Shown in pieces: positions 26,422 to 36,630 of a stretch of DNA of 64,000 nt. The stretch comes from a virus: the IMG/VR virus record IMGVR_UViG_3300047168_000120, positions 31,521-95,520 of that record; one strand, 5' to 3'. Position numbers and translations under genes: made by a program. Numbering within the stretch: the stretch's first letter is position 1; the number at the start of each line of letters is the position of its first letter. Under the pieces are notes generated by a model. The model did no database searches, had not been told where the DNA came from, and saw nothing but the letters and a program-made list of their open reading frames with translations.

Positions 26422-28392
26422 ATGAGCTCAACCACCTTCGATGCCTCACACCATCCCCGTGGCGACCATGGCCGGTTCGCTTCGGCGCGCGGAAGGGCTG
26501 CGATCATCAATGCGGTGCCGGCGGTGCGGTATCACACCGGGCCGAGCCTGGGCGCGCCGCGGCTGGCCGAGCGATCACCTGGCCCGGGGATTGAGCGGCG
26601 CAGCCTGACGCGGGGCGAGGCGTGGCAGCGCATCGGCAATAAAATCAATGCTTTGCCGGTGCATTATACGGGCGAGAAGACGATGGAACGTCCCGTCGGC
26701 ACCTATCTGCACCTGACGCTCGATAGCCAGATCCCGAAGACGATGTCCGTGCAGGATCATCAGGCGCGGGTGAAGCGCTTCATCCAGTTGGCCAAGGACA
26801 AGCGCAAGGAGATCATGGATGGCGCCGAGAAAGCGCGCGTCGGCAAGAAGCACGTCTATCTCAAGGCGTCAGAGCCGGCGAGCGGCGGCGTGGATCGCTG
26901 GCGCATGAAGCCGGACAAATATCCGGAAGGCACTTCGAAGGCGACGCTGCACCGGGCGTACAACCATGCCGCGCTGCTGGCGATGCATGATCGCGGCTTG
27001 GCGGATTACGACTTCAAGATGGATGACGCGCTGAAGGACGAGCTGAAGCCGACCGAGCCATTCATTCGATATGCGCGGCAACGCCTTAATAATGAAGCAG
27101 ATATCGCCATGCAGGGTGAGCGCCGGCCATACGTCCAGGCGTTCGGCAAGCCGTTCGCGGATCTGCGCACGGACAAAACCACCGGCGAGGTAAGGCGCCG
27201 CCTGCGGCCAAACCAGCAGCTGATCAAGGCAGCACCGCGGCTGAAGGCGGCCGGCTTGATGCTGATGCACGGTCCCAGCGATTCCCCCAAGATTCTCTTG
27301 CTGAAGCGCGCCAGTGGTGGTGATCACCAGGGCGAATGGTGCTTCCCAGGCGGCAAGATCGAGCCCGGCGAGACGCCGCGCCAGGCCGCAATCCGGGAAA
27401 CGCGGGAAGAAATCGGCCCGGTTGCGCATGGTCGTCCCCAGATGTGGGCGCGGCGCATCGCCGGCGGGGTGGATTTTACAACCTTCGCGGCCCGCGTCCC
27501 GACAGCCTATGAGCCGGTGCTGAACGACGAGCATTCCGACTGGAAATGGGCGAGCCCCGATGATCTGCCCAGCCCAATGCATCCCGGCTGCGCGGTCGCG
27601 ATCGACAAGCTCGCGCATCGGTCGAAAGGTATGGTGCTGGGGAAAGCCTCACCTTTCGGCGGGTTTCGTCAGGCGGTACGCAACGGCATGGCGCGCGCGG
27701 CGACGAGCCTGGATTCCGCCTTCGCGCCAGAGGCCGCTTCCCGCAGTGTTTTCGAAAGGGTGAATGGATTATCTGAAAAGGTGCGGCAATTCACCGGCTC
27801 CAAAGCGCCGCACACCACCGGCTTTTCGGCATACACAGCGGGACGCTGGACGGCGAGCAACGCAAGGGCGTTATTCCGCCAACCGGTTCAAACTGGCAAA
27901 AAGTTTGTGAGGCATAGCGCGCAAATCGGTGCTGGTTTCGGGCATGGCATATCTGATGAATTTGGCGGTTCCCCGCGGACGCGCCGCGTCGCCGGCCGGA
28001 TTGGCGCGGCTGTGGGGGCTATCAAATTGCCGGTGGTGGCCGGCGCCATCGCCGCGAAGCCGATCTCGATGGCCTATCACGAATTTGGCGGCGGGGCTGA
28101 CAATCAGCCCAAAAACCAGTCAGCCAAACTCGCAAAGTCTTTTGACGAAACCAAGCATCGGCGCAGCCATACGGGCGAATTCATCGCTGGCGCGGCCGCC
28201 GTTGCGGGAACGGGGGGCGCTATCGCGGCTGCCCCTGTAGTGGACAGGCACGTCAAAGCGCTGGGCCGGAAACGATATCGCCGAGACGTTAAAGCGCTGA
28301 AAGCGGCCGGCGGCCAGGTAATGTATCGCGGAGCGCCTGCACCCGACCCCAAACCAATCCAAGCCAAATCTAGCCAATATCTGCTAAAATGA
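26422..28392 (+). CDS. Head-associated multidomain protein with a Nudix hydrolase domain
   Basis: Nudix box GGKIEPGETPRQAAIRETREEIG; FDASHHPR..GRF motif. Confidence 0.8.
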   Translation: MSSTTFDASHHPRGDHGRFASARGRAAIINAVPAVRYHTGPSLGAPRLAERSPGPGIERRSLTRGEAWQRIGNKINALPVHYTGEKTMERPVGTYLHLTLDSQIPKTMSVQDHQARVKRFIQLAKDKRKEIMDGAEKARVGKKHVYLKASEPASGGVDRWRMKPDKYPEGTSKATLHRAYNHAALLAMHDRGLADYDFKMDDALKDELKPTEPFIRYARQRLNNEADIAMQGERRPYVQAFGKPFADLRTDKTTGEVRRRLRPNQQLIKAAPRLKAAGLMLMHGPSDSPKILLLKRASGGDHQGEWCFPGGKIEPGETPRQAAIRETREEIGPVAHGRPQMWARRIAGGVDFTTFAARVPTAYEPVLNDEHSDWKWASPDDLPSPMHPGCAVAIDKLAHRSKGMVLGKASPFGGFRQAVRNGMARAATSLDSAFAPEAASRSVFERVNGLSEKVRQFTGSKAPHTTGFSAYTAGRWTASNARALFRQPVQTGKKFVRHSAQIGAGFGHGISDEFGGSPRTRRVAGRIGAAVGAIKLPVVAGAIAAKPISMAYHEFGGGADNQPKNQSAKLAKSFDETKHRRSHTGEFIAGAAAVAGTGGAIAAAPVVDRHVKALGRKRYRRDVKALKAAGGQVMYRGAPAPDPKPIQAKSSQYLLK

Positions 28393-30824
28393 CGACTGAA
28401 CTGTCAGCCGCCCAGCTGCAGGAACGGCGCGACGCGGCGCGCGCCAGATGGGCGAAAGCGCGCGAGGCAGCCGCGGCCGCCGGCGGAGCGATAGCAGGCG
28501 GGGCTGCCGGTGCGGCGGGCGCGGAACAAATTGGGAACATCGCTCGGAATCGCCTTGTTCGGCCCGCCCGAGCAGTGCTCGACCCTCTTCGTTCAGCCAT
28601 AGAAGATAACAAGCGAAAACAATCGTTTATCGATCAACGCGCACAGAGAGCCAAATCCGGCGTGCGTTCCGATAGCAATTTTCTTTCTACCGCTCGGCGA
28701 GCGTACGAAATAAAGTTTCGCGTTGCGGCCAGGGCGGCCCGCCGTTTGGCGGAACACCAGGCAGTCAATTCCGAGACATATTTCGATTCCACCAGCGGGG
28801 AAACGGCGCAGGCAACGCTTGACCTGCCGGGTGAGACTCGGCTGCGCGAGGTAGCGGCGGCGGTAGGGGCTGATCAGGCGCAGCGTTTCCGTGCCGCCGC
28901 CGATGATCTCCGCGAAAACGGCCGCAATTCAAGGAAAGTGCCGCGCGCCGGATCGATCCAGTTGCCAAAAAAGGACAGCTTCAGCAGGACGATCATCGGC
29001 AAAGCCGAGCTCAAGCTATCGAGCAAGACCAAGGACTATCTGCGCGAGGTATTCGCGGCTGATGCTGCGCAGCGCGCCGCCGGCGGCACAGAGTTGTCTC
29101 ATTTCGACGAGCTGGGCATCAAATCGATCGATCAGCTGCAGCAACGCTTCCGTGAGTTGTCACCGGATGACCGTAAGGGCTTCGCGCAATATCTGAAGCT
29201 GGAAGCCAGCCTGCCGAACATCACCTTGCGCCGCCAGAAAAAGACGGTCGACGTGCAGAATTCCAGCCGCGTCGTTCCGCCTCATACGACCACGGTACCG
29301 GGCTATCCATCCGACAAAACCCGCAAAGCAATGCGGGCCGAACTGCTGGGCGACATCACCGCGCGGCACCGCGAGCTTTCGGCAGTCCAGCAAGCCCGCG
29401 CGGACGCCGAAATCGGCCCGGCACGCGCGCGTGCCCAGACGGCGGCCCGCGCGCTGCGGTGGTTGCGCCCCGGATCAGTGGCGCGGCGCGGCCTGGTCGG
29501 CGCCGGGCTGAGCGCCGGCGTGCTGGCGGGAGCATTCGCCGCGGCGCGGGCTGAGCGCGAGATCGAGCACAGGTTCGTGGAATCCCCCGATAAGTTGACA
29601 AAGTCAGGCCCCGAGTTGACCAACTACCCGTCCTACTTGGCCAACTCGCGCCTCCAGTTGACGAAGGCGGATCAGTCCACCGGTGACGAAGACGCTCAAA
29701 ACCAGGGTGATCCGGCTCAAAAACCGCGCCAGCGCCTCACCACCGCGCATCGCCTGTTGAACGCGGCGCAGGACATTGAGAACGGCCTTGCCGAAGGCGT
29801 GGGGCGCGCATTCGCGTCCTGGAAGGACGCGGCGACACCGGAAGCGATTGCGGATCCCGAGGCGCAGGGTTCGCTGTTCGACCAGCTCGATGAGCCGCTC
29901 AACGACGGGATGGCGCGGCTGGACGACGCCACAGTCGCCGGCCTGACCGCGCCGACGCGGATTCAGCCGCCGCAGACCGAGCGCGACACCTCGGAACCAA
30001 AGCCGCGGCTGGTAAGTTTCGGCTTCAATCTGCGTTCCCCGGCCACCGAAAAATACGCCAGGCAATACCGCTATTCCCGGGTGCGGGAGATCACGGACCG
30101 GCAGCGCCAGAACATCCGGCAGATCATCATAGCATCGACCCGAAGCGGCGATCCCCCTGCCCTCACCGCGCGCCGCATCCGCGATGTCATCGGCCTGACA
30201 GCCAACCAGGCCGCGATCGTGGCCAATTACCGCGCAGCACTGGAGGCTAATGACCCGCGCGCCGCCACCTATGCGCTGCGGGATCGCCGCTTCGACAGGA
30301 CCATCAACGCCGCGATCGAGGCCAAGAAGCCACTGCACGAGCAGGTGATCGACAAACTGGTCGACGCCTATCAGCGCCGCTTCCTGGCGTACCGCGCCAT
30401 GACGATCGCGCGCACGGAGAGTCTTCGCGCCGCCAACAACGGCCATGTGCAGGCTGTGACCAAATGGCTGGCGGATCACCCCGACTATACGGTGGCCAAG
30501 ACCTGGATATCGACCGAGGACGAGCGCACCCGGCCGGATCACGTGGGGCTGCACCGCCAGACCGTGATCGGGCTGCAGACCCCGTTCGTCTGCGATAGCG
30601 GCGAGACGATCCGCTGGCCGCATGACCCCTTGGGCGCGGCCAAAGAGGTGATCAATTGCCGCTGTACCTTCATGACGGTGCTGATCCCGCGCAGTGCGGC
30701 GGCGCGGCATGGTCAAGCCGCCTACGGCACGCCGTTCCCGAATTTCTGGTCAGGTCCGCGAGAGCCGTACGACATCGAGAGTCCGGACGATCTTTTCGGG
30801 AATCCCGCGCTGGAACCTGCGTAG
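28389..30824 (+). CDS. Head morphogenesis protein (MuF / SPP1 gp7 family) with long N-terminal extension
   Basis: RAMTIARTE, KTWISTEDERTRPDH, INCRC. Confidence 0.85.
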   Translation: MTTELSAAQLQERRDAARARWAKAREAAAAAGGAIAGGAAGAAGAEQIGNIARNRLVRPARAVLDPLRSAIEDNKRKQSFIDQRAQRAKSGVRSDSNFLSTARRAYEIKFRVAARAARRLAEHQAVNSETYFDSTSGETAQATLDLPGETRLREVAAAVGADQAQRFRAAADDLRENGRNSRKVPRAGSIQLPKKDSFSRTIIGKAELKLSSKTKDYLREVFAADAAQRAAGGTELSHFDELGIKSIDQLQQRFRELSPDDRKGFAQYLKLEASLPNITLRRQKKTVDVQNSSRVVPPHTTTVPGYPSDKTRKAMRAELLGDITARHRELSAVQQARADAEIGPARARAQTAARALRWLRPGSVARRGLVGAGLSAGVLAGAFAAARAEREIEHRFVESPDKLTKSGPELTNYPSYLANSRLQLTKADQSTGDEDAQNQGDPAQKPRQRLTTAHRLLNAAQDIENGLAEGVGRAFASWKDAATPEAIADPEAQGSLFDQLDEPLNDGMARLDDATVAGLTAPTRIQPPQTERDTSEPKPRLVSFGFNLRSPATEKYARQYRYSRVREITDRQRQNIRQIIIASTRSGDPPALTARRIRDVIGLTANQAAIVANYRAALEANDPRAATYALRDRRFDRTINAAIEAKKPLHEQVIDKLVDAYQRRFLAYRAMTIARTESLRAANNGHVQAVTKWLADHPDYTVAKTWISTEDERTRPDHVGLHRQTVIGLQTPFVCDSGETIRWPHDPLGAAKEVINCRCTFMTVLIPRSAAARHGQAAYGTPFPNFWSGPREPYDIESPDDLFGNPALEPA

Positions 30825-30920
30825 TTTTGGCGACCAAGAGCGGTCACAATAAATTCGCTTGCAGCGAAACACATTTTAATGTGTTATTGCCCAACCTTAA
30901 ACACATAGGAGTGTGAATCT

Positions 30921-31370
30921 ATGCCCCAAGACATTTCGTGGCTCTGGCACCAGGTCGATCCGGCCGTTACCCTTTTCTTGGCCGGCCTGTTCGGTTTCAT
31001 CACCAAAGCTGGCAACGCCTTCCTGGTGCAGCACAAGCTAAGCGCGGCCCAGGATGACTTCGACCAGGCGATGGTCCACGGCGATGCGCTGATTCTGGCC
31101 TGGTGGAAATCGCTCGAGGCGCACAATTCGATCGTGACGATCCCGGAGGGTATTCTATCCGACGTCGCCAGCAAGGTTCTGGCCCTCGCGCCAGCAGCCG
31201 AAGCGGTTCTTAAGCTCACGCCCGATACGATTGGTTCGATCCTCCAGGCGAACCTTACGAAATACCTGCACTGGTCGCTGACGATGATGACGCCGATGAC
31301 AGGCATTGCGCCCGCAGCCGCGCCCGCAGCCGCGCCTGCGCCGGCCACTGACGCCCCCGCCGCCACCTAA
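30921..31370 (+). CDS. Hypothetical membrane protein, holin-like candidate
   Basis: N-terminal hydrophobic segment; AGGAG RBS; operator upstream. Confidence 0.6.
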   Translation: MPQDISWLWHQVDPAVTLFLAGLFGFITKAGNAFLVQHKLSAAQDDFDQAMVHGDALILAWWKSLEAHNSIVTIPEGILSDVASKVLALAPAAEAVLKLTPDTIGSILQANLTKYLHWSLTMMTPMTGIAPAAAPAAAPAPATDAPAAT

Positions 31371-31380
31371 TCCGCAGCCG

Positions 31381-31420
31381 CCCGGTTCCCGATGTGAAAG
31401 TCGGGGCCGGGCCTTTTTTT
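31381..31420 (+). terminator. Terminator-like hairpin
   Basis: CCCGGTTCCCGA...TCGGGGCCGGG followed by T7. Confidence 0.55.
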
Positions 31421-31431
31421 GGAGATTCCCC

Positions 31432-31905
31432 ATGAAAACGTCACGTCGCCGCTATCTCATGGCCGCCGCCGCCTTTATGCCGACCGCCCTGGTTGCGGTG
31501 GGCTGCAGCAATACGTCCGCCACAATCCCGGCCAGCCTGGCGAATGCGCAGGCCGAGGCTAACGCCCTCCTGCAAGCCTTCACCGAGCTGGCGTCGTTCG
31601 TGCCCGGCACGCCGGCGATTTCATCGGCCCTGGCGATCGCCAAGGATGCCGTTTCCGTCTTCACCGCCATTCCCGCCGGTGGCTCATACCTGGCGGCCGC
31701 GAAGGACGTCATCGCCGCGCTAAGCCCGCTGATCGCCCTCATTCCTATGGGCGCGCCGACGCTGCTTGCTGTCAATGCCGGCATTGGGCTGATCACCGCG
31801 CTGCTCAACGGTGTGTCCGCCGTTCCCGCGCCGGGCGCCAGCCCATCACTCGGCGCGACCACGAATGTGATCGCAGCGCCAATCGCCATTCCGGTGATTT
31901 CGTAA
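31432..31905 (+). CDS. Putative Tat-signal lipoprotein
   Basis: SRRRYL twin-arginine motif and VAVGC lipobox. Confidence 0.65.
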   Translation: MKTSRRRYLMAAAAFMPTALVAVGCSNTSATIPASLANAQAEANALLQAFTELASFVPGTPAISSALAIAKDAVSVFTAIPAGGSYLAAAKDVIAALSPLIALIPMGAPTLLAVNAGIGLITALLNGVSAVPAPGASPSLGATTNVIAAPIAIPVIS

Positions 31906-32179
31906 TGCGCGGCGGCAGCCCGCGCAGCGCGGCGCTGAGCGCCAGCGCCGTGTTGATCTCGCTCATGGACAGCCTGCCGATGGGAGCTCTGCTTCCAATT
32001 CGCGCGAGCAGGGGCCATTTCAGCGGCGGCGGCAAGAAATCGATGCTGTCGCCGCGGCGCACATTGCGGCCGATGACGGAGAAAGAACGCGAATGGATGC
32101 GCGGCGGTCTCAAGCCCGGCAGCAGGGAACGCTGCCGACGCGCGCCGAATCATCCCAGCAACCAAAAGGCGGCCTAGCC

Positions 32180-32854
32180 GTGGATTTCGGCCAGGCTCTC
32201 CATTTTCTCCGGAACGGCAAACGCGTCGCGCGCGCAGGCTGGAACGGCCAGAACATGTTCCTTTTGTTGGTGCCGGGCAGCACGTTCAAGGTGAATCGCC
32301 CACCGCTGCTCGGTATTTATCAGGAACCCTTCCGTGGTCCGCATCTGGAAGAGCTTATCGATATGAAGACGGCGCAGGGGTATGTGGTTCCCTGGCTGGC
32401 TTCGCAGTCTGACCTGCTGACGGATGACTGGGTCGAAGTTACCGATGAAACGGCCAAGCCAGAGCCTGCCGCGTCATCGGGGAACGAAATTCCCGCCTAT
32501 TGCGATGAAGAGCTGCAACTTCTGGCAGGTTACGATGAGCACTGGAGCGGCACCGAGTTGCATGGCAAGATCACGCCACTCTCGGGCCAAGATATGCCGC
32601 AGCCGACCAATCTTGCCAGCGGTGGCATAATTGACGGCAGCACATCGGCGTTGCTGGGCGAGACGCCTCATCCAAGTCCTGATATGCGGATCGGTGTTAA
32701 TTGCGATACCAGATATTACACGCAAAACGGTATGTTGGTGAACGACTCAGTCGTTTCGTACGAAGAGGCCAATACCGCGAAATTAGCTCACGAAAGCGGT
32801 CAACCTTTACCGCCGGGTTGGAGTTTCATTCCGGCCGCTCAGGATCCCACCTGA
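32180..32854 (+). CDS. DUF2829 / Tad2-like anti-defence sponge domain with acidic C-terminal extension
   Basis: FGQAL..LRNGKRVARAGWNG...IDMKT...VPWLASQSDLLTDDW. Confidence 0.8.
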   Translation: MDFGQALHFLRNGKRVARAGWNGQNMFLLLVPGSTFKVNRPPLLGIYQEPFRGPHLEELIDMKTAQGYVVPWLASQSDLLTDDWVEVTDETAKPEPAASSGNEIPAYCDEELQLLAGYDEHWSGTELHGKITPLSGQDMPQPTNLASGGIIDGSTSALLGETPHPSPDMRIGVNCDTRYYTQNGMLVNDSVVSYEEANTAKLAHESGQPLPPGWSFIPAAQDPT

Positions 32855-33101
32855 AGATGGGCGCCGATGTGCCTTTGACGTGGACGCTGAGCGGCGCGCT
32901 CGGGCTTCGCAGAGGAGCATTCGGCGGCGTCGTTGTGATCGTGCAGGAGATGCGACGCCGGCATGGACCGGCGTTGCAGTTTCTATGGTGGCACAGGCGG
33001 GAATATGACTTCATCCAATTCCGCTGGCGCCGCGCGCGCCGCCCGGACATCGTACATTTGCACTCATATCGCCCAGACCTCATTCCTGGATGGTTTAAAA
33101 T

Positions 33102-33938
33102 ATGACGACAGGCCTCTGCCTCGGTAAGCTTCCGGCCAGCACGGATAAAACCGTGCCGACATTTCGCTGGCTGATAGACGGCGTGCCGAGCCCGCCTGTG
33201 GTGCAGCTCCCCGCGCCCGCGGCGTCGATCGGTTTCTTCGACAAGGTGGCTGCCTGGCCGATGCTGGCGAATGACAGGCTGGAAAACTGCACCATCGCCG
33301 CGGTTGGCCATGCAGTTCAGCTCTGGACAGCCGCGAACAACGTGCCGATCATCCCGGATGAGCCGTGCGCGATTGCTGGCTACGCCCATGCCACCGGCTA
33401 TGATCCGGCCACCGGCGAGAACAACAACGGCGCGGTCGCACTCGATATCCTGAAATACTGGATGCACACCGGCCTGCCGATCTGCGAGGCAGGTTCGCTC
33501 GACCTGCTGGACGGCTTCGCGAAGATTCAGGTCGGGGACATCATTTCGATTCAGCGCGCCATCTCTGCTTTCGGGGCTGTTTATGTGGGCGTGGAACTGC
33601 CGGCCGGCGCCGACGAGGATTTTATCGCCGGCAAGCCTTGGGCCGATCTGACGGGTCAGCCCGGCTCGCTGGGCGGCCATGCCATCATCCTTGTTGGCTT
33701 CGACAATGAGGGACCGGTGTGTGTGACATGGGGCCGCCTGCAATGGATGACCTGGTCCTGGTGGCTGCGCTATGGCAGCGAGGCGTATGCCCTGCTGCGC
33801 CGCGAGTGGATCGGGCTCAACGGCATGGCGCCCAGCGGCCTCACCATGGCGCAGCTGGACGCGAAACTGACCTGGATGCGCGGCACGCTCGGCCTGGGCG
33901 CTTCCTCGCCTCCACTGATCGGCACCGGTGCGCCTTGA
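33102..33938 (+). CDS. Papain-like cysteine peptidase
   Basis: NDRLENCTIAA (catalytic Cys candidate), GGHAIILVGFD (His), VTWG. Confidence 0.7.
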   Translation: MTTGLCLGKLPASTDKTVPTFRWLIDGVPSPPVVQLPAPAASIGFFDKVAAWPMLANDRLENCTIAAVGHAVQLWTAANNVPIIPDEPCAIAGYAHATGYDPATGENNNGAVALDILKYWMHTGLPICEAGSLDLLDGFAKIQVGDIISIQRAISAFGAVYVGVELPAGADEDFIAGKPWADLTGQPGSLGGHAIILVGFDNEGPVCVTWGRLQWMTWSWWLRYGSEAYALLRREWIGLNGMAPSGLTMAQLDAKLTWMRGTLGLGASSPPLIGTGAP

Positions 33939-33939
33939 G

Positions 33940-34215
33940 ATGAGCGACCCCTGGCTTAAACCCCTGCACCCGCAGCTCAACCTGCCGTACGGCGAGTGGA
34001 TCGTGATCTCCGAGCAGGAGTCCGCCGGCGCGATCTGGTATAACCGTTTTGACCCATCCACTATGCACCTGATCAACGAGCTGGCTGAAAAGCGCTTGGT
34101 CTGGGTGTTTCATCGCCGAAAAATCCGCGTGGATCCAAAAGCCGACCCGCGCTGCTTTGAGCGGGTCATGTGGATCGTGCGCCCGGCCGAATTATTCACA
34201 TCGAAAGTGTCTTGA
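33940..34215 (+). CDS. Hypothetical protein
   Basis: ORF directly after the peptidase gene. Confidence 0.55.
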   Translation: MSDPWLKPLHPQLNLPYGEWIVISEQESAGAIWYNRFDPSTMHLINELAEKRLVWVFHRRKIRVDPKADPRCFERVMWIVRPAELFTSKVS

Positions 34216-34252
34216 CGGCATCCGAAATCACATCTTAATGTGTTTTTAGTGA

Positions 34253-34325
34253 TGCGGGGTAGCGCAGTTGGTAGAGCGTCGGAGTCATAATCCGAAGGTC
34301 ATTGGTTCAAATCCAATTCCCGCAA
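34253..34325 (+). tRNA. tRNA with CAT anticodon (fMet-like body), no encoded CCA
   Basis: Acceptor TGCGGGG/TCCCGCA; anticodon arm TCGGA-GTCATAA-TCCGA; T-loop TTCAAAT; TTGACG and operator upstream. Confidence 0.9.
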
Positions 34326-34348
34326 GAATCCTATCGATGAGGGTGATT

Positions 34349-34669
34349 ATGCGCCTGCGCTGGATATTATTCATCTGCTTGGGCGCGATATTCGCGCCGT
34401 ATCGGTTCTACGGTGCCCAGGCGCAGGATCGAGCGCTCCTCTCGTATAATGCCGGCTGGAACGCAGCGATAGATGCCGTCGCCGTCTGGCTGGTAGCCGC
34501 GGCCGCTGTGCTGACGATCGTGTGGGCGTTAATGGCTCTCATTTCGAGATGGATGGGCCTCGACCATGATAACCCAAAAAGCCCTGATCCGAATGGGATG
34601 TTCTATCCCGGATCTGTCAGCAACATCGTTTATACCGATGACCCCAAAGCCGAAAAGGATAAATCATGA
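34349..34669 (+). CDS. Hypothetical membrane protein
   Basis: Two hydrophobic segments. Confidence 0.55.
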   Translation: MRLRWILFICLGAIFAPYRFYGAQAQDRALLSYNAGWNAAIDAVAVWLVAAAAVLTIVWALMALISRWMGLDHDNPKSPDPNGMFYPGSVSNIVYTDDPKAEKDKS

Positions 34670-35016
34670 GCATGACACGCACTGAGGCGTTGAAGAAAGT
34701 TCTGGAGATGCGCGATTTCGCTGAGCGCATGGAGAGCGATCTGAAGACCAACATGCCGGAAATTGCGCCACACACGCCTTTCGTTTGTGTCCATATGCTC
34801 AACACCTTTGCCAGACCGGCGCAAAAGATTCATGTCCATATCGATTCTGCGCTTCTGACCCTTTGCGTCGACGCGCTGAGCGACTCCCTGATCGCGACGC
34901 CTGAGGTATCCAAAGAGCAGCCGGCTAAACTGGAACAAAAACCGGAGCGGCCAGCGGCGCCGTCATCTATCAAGGACATGCTGCCGAGATGGTGGCGCCG
35001 GCCACAGGGAAAGTGA
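34666..35016 (+). CDS. Hypothetical protein
   Basis: ATGA-coupled ORF. Confidence 0.65.
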   Translation: MSMTRTEALKKVLEMRDFAERMESDLKTNMPEIAPHTPFVCVHMLNTFARPAQKIHVHIDSALLTLCVDALSDSLIATPEVSKEQPAKLEQKPERPAAPSSIKDMLPRWWRRPQGK

Positions 35017-35018
35017 AG

Positions 35019-35537
35019 ATGCAGCGGCAATTGGATGAAATCGAGATTACAGAGGAGATGATTGCGGCTGGAGCCAAAGTAATCATTGATTACTTTCATC
35101 TGGCTCCAGATTGGCTGCCGAACGATATATGCGCCGAAGTGTACCGAGCGATGATTTTTGCGCGAATTGAAGCGCCGCGTCAATTGTCTGATCTACACAC
35201 TGAGATGGTGACTGGCCGGCTCCAGGCGTTGTTCGAATGCCAGCACTTGACGACCGGCGAGCGCACCACAATCGGCTTGGCAATCGAGGAGATCACCGAG
35301 CTCGGCAAGCGCAGCAAACCCGCACCAGCGCCAGCGCCGGAGCAGAAGAGCGCGTTCGATCTTCCGCCAGGTCTTAGCGATTTCCAACTGCGCATGCTCT
35401 CGGCAATCGCCAAAGAAATTACTGCCATCAAGGAAGGTACATCATATCATTACATCGCCGAACGGATGGTCGAAGCTTTGCGCAAGTTTGATCACGAGGA
35501 TTGGGCTTCGTCGCAACCGCGGAATCAAAAGACATGA
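35019..35537 (+). CDS. Hypothetical protein (ITEEMIAAG motif)
   Basis: ORF in the rightward accessory operon. Confidence 0.65.
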   Translation: MQRQLDEIEITEEMIAAGAKVIIDYFHLAPDWLPNDICAEVYRAMIFARIEAPRQLSDLHTEMVTGRLQALFECQHLTTGERTTIGLAIEEITELGKRSKPAPAPAPEQKSAFDLPPGLSDFQLRMLSAIAKEITAIKEGTSYHYIAERMVEALRKFDHEDWASSQPRNQKT

Positions 35538-35798
35538 AATTCGGTTTAATGATCACGCCCTACAGTTTCATAATAGGAATTTCGTGGGATCCGAACAACC
35601 GCAGCCTGGTGATCATGCCGATTCCCGGCATCGGCCTGTTGATAGGTTTTGACCGATGAACCCATGGAGAACCGGTGCGATGGTCCTATGGGGCCTGGAG
35701 ATCAACCTATATTTCGGCTGGTTTCATAAGCCGAGTTCGATCCCCGAGCTGGCGTGCTGGGGGCTCTATTTCCTTCTTTGGTCGATGGCGGCTGACAA

Positions 35799-36161
35799 AT
35801 GAAAACCATTAAATTCCAGGGCTACAGCGACGACACCTTCGCTTGCACCGGTCCCGGCATTAATGTCGATCATGACAACTGCAACAACGGGAAACCGATC
35901 CTGATGCGCGTGGACGCCGGAGGTGAGAGCGTGGTGGTCTATGGCCACTATGCACCGCTCGGCGCCACGGCCGGCTGGCTGATCGGCGTCTCGCCGGCGG
36001 ATTTCGACGGTGGTGATGAGCGCCACATTCCAGACTGGAACATCTATTTCGAGCCAAGCGACCGTGAATATTCGCCGCGGATGGTGATGGAGAATATCCC
36101 CGACGACGCGGTCGTCTATCTGATCACCAAAGACGGAAAGAAAATAGGAGCCGGCCGATGA
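35799..36161 (+). CDS. Hypothetical phage protein (GYSDD motif)
   Basis: ORF. Confidence 0.7.
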   Translation: MKTIKFQGYSDDTFACTGPGINVDHDNCNNGKPILMRVDAGGESVVVYGHYAPLGATAGWLIGVSPADFDGGDERHIPDWNIYFEPSDREYSPRMVMENIPDDAVVYLITKDGKKIGAGR

Positions 36162-36400
36162 CGCCAGAAACAATTAACGCCATGATGGACGAAATTCAGG
36201 CCAACCAAAAGGCGCTGAACGGTTGTCCGAGGCATCTTTTTATCCGGCCCGACAAAGGCTGGCGCATCGGTCAAAAGATCACCTGCGAAAACTGCAAGGG
36301 CGTAGTCAGCAACGTCTACATGGGAAATTATATCCAGGGATATAAAGCCGCCGGCGGCGATCCAAAGGATATCTGCCCGGATTGGAATGAAAAATCGTGA
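36158..36400 (+). CDS. Hypothetical Cys/His protein
   Basis: Coupled ORF; CPRH...CENC. Confidence 0.65.
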   Translation: MTPETINAMMDEIQANQKALNGCPRHLFIRPDKGWRIGQKITCENCKGVVSNVYMGNYIQGYKAAGGDPKDICPDWNEKS

Positions 36401-36630
36401 GCGACCGACGCGACGATGGCCAGTTCACATGCGGGTGTTGCGGTGGTTCATTTTCCTGCGACGCCTATGAACACGTCTGCGGCGTCGGCATGTGCCCAAC
36501 CTGCGCGGCCGATATGCGGGATAATATGGCATCATGCGACCATGTGTGGGAGCCATACGAAGGCGGCGAGTGCGAACCTGGCATCATTTGCGGGAGATGC
36601 ACGATGGTAAAAGAAGGGGAGTCGTTATGA
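36397..36630 (+). CDS. Cys-rich zinc-finger-like protein
   Basis: Coupled ORF with several CxxC motifs. Confidence 0.6.
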   Translation: MSDRRDDGQFTCGCCGGSFSCDAYEHVCGVGMCPTCAADMRDNMASCDHVWEPYEGGECEPGIICGRCTMVKEGESL

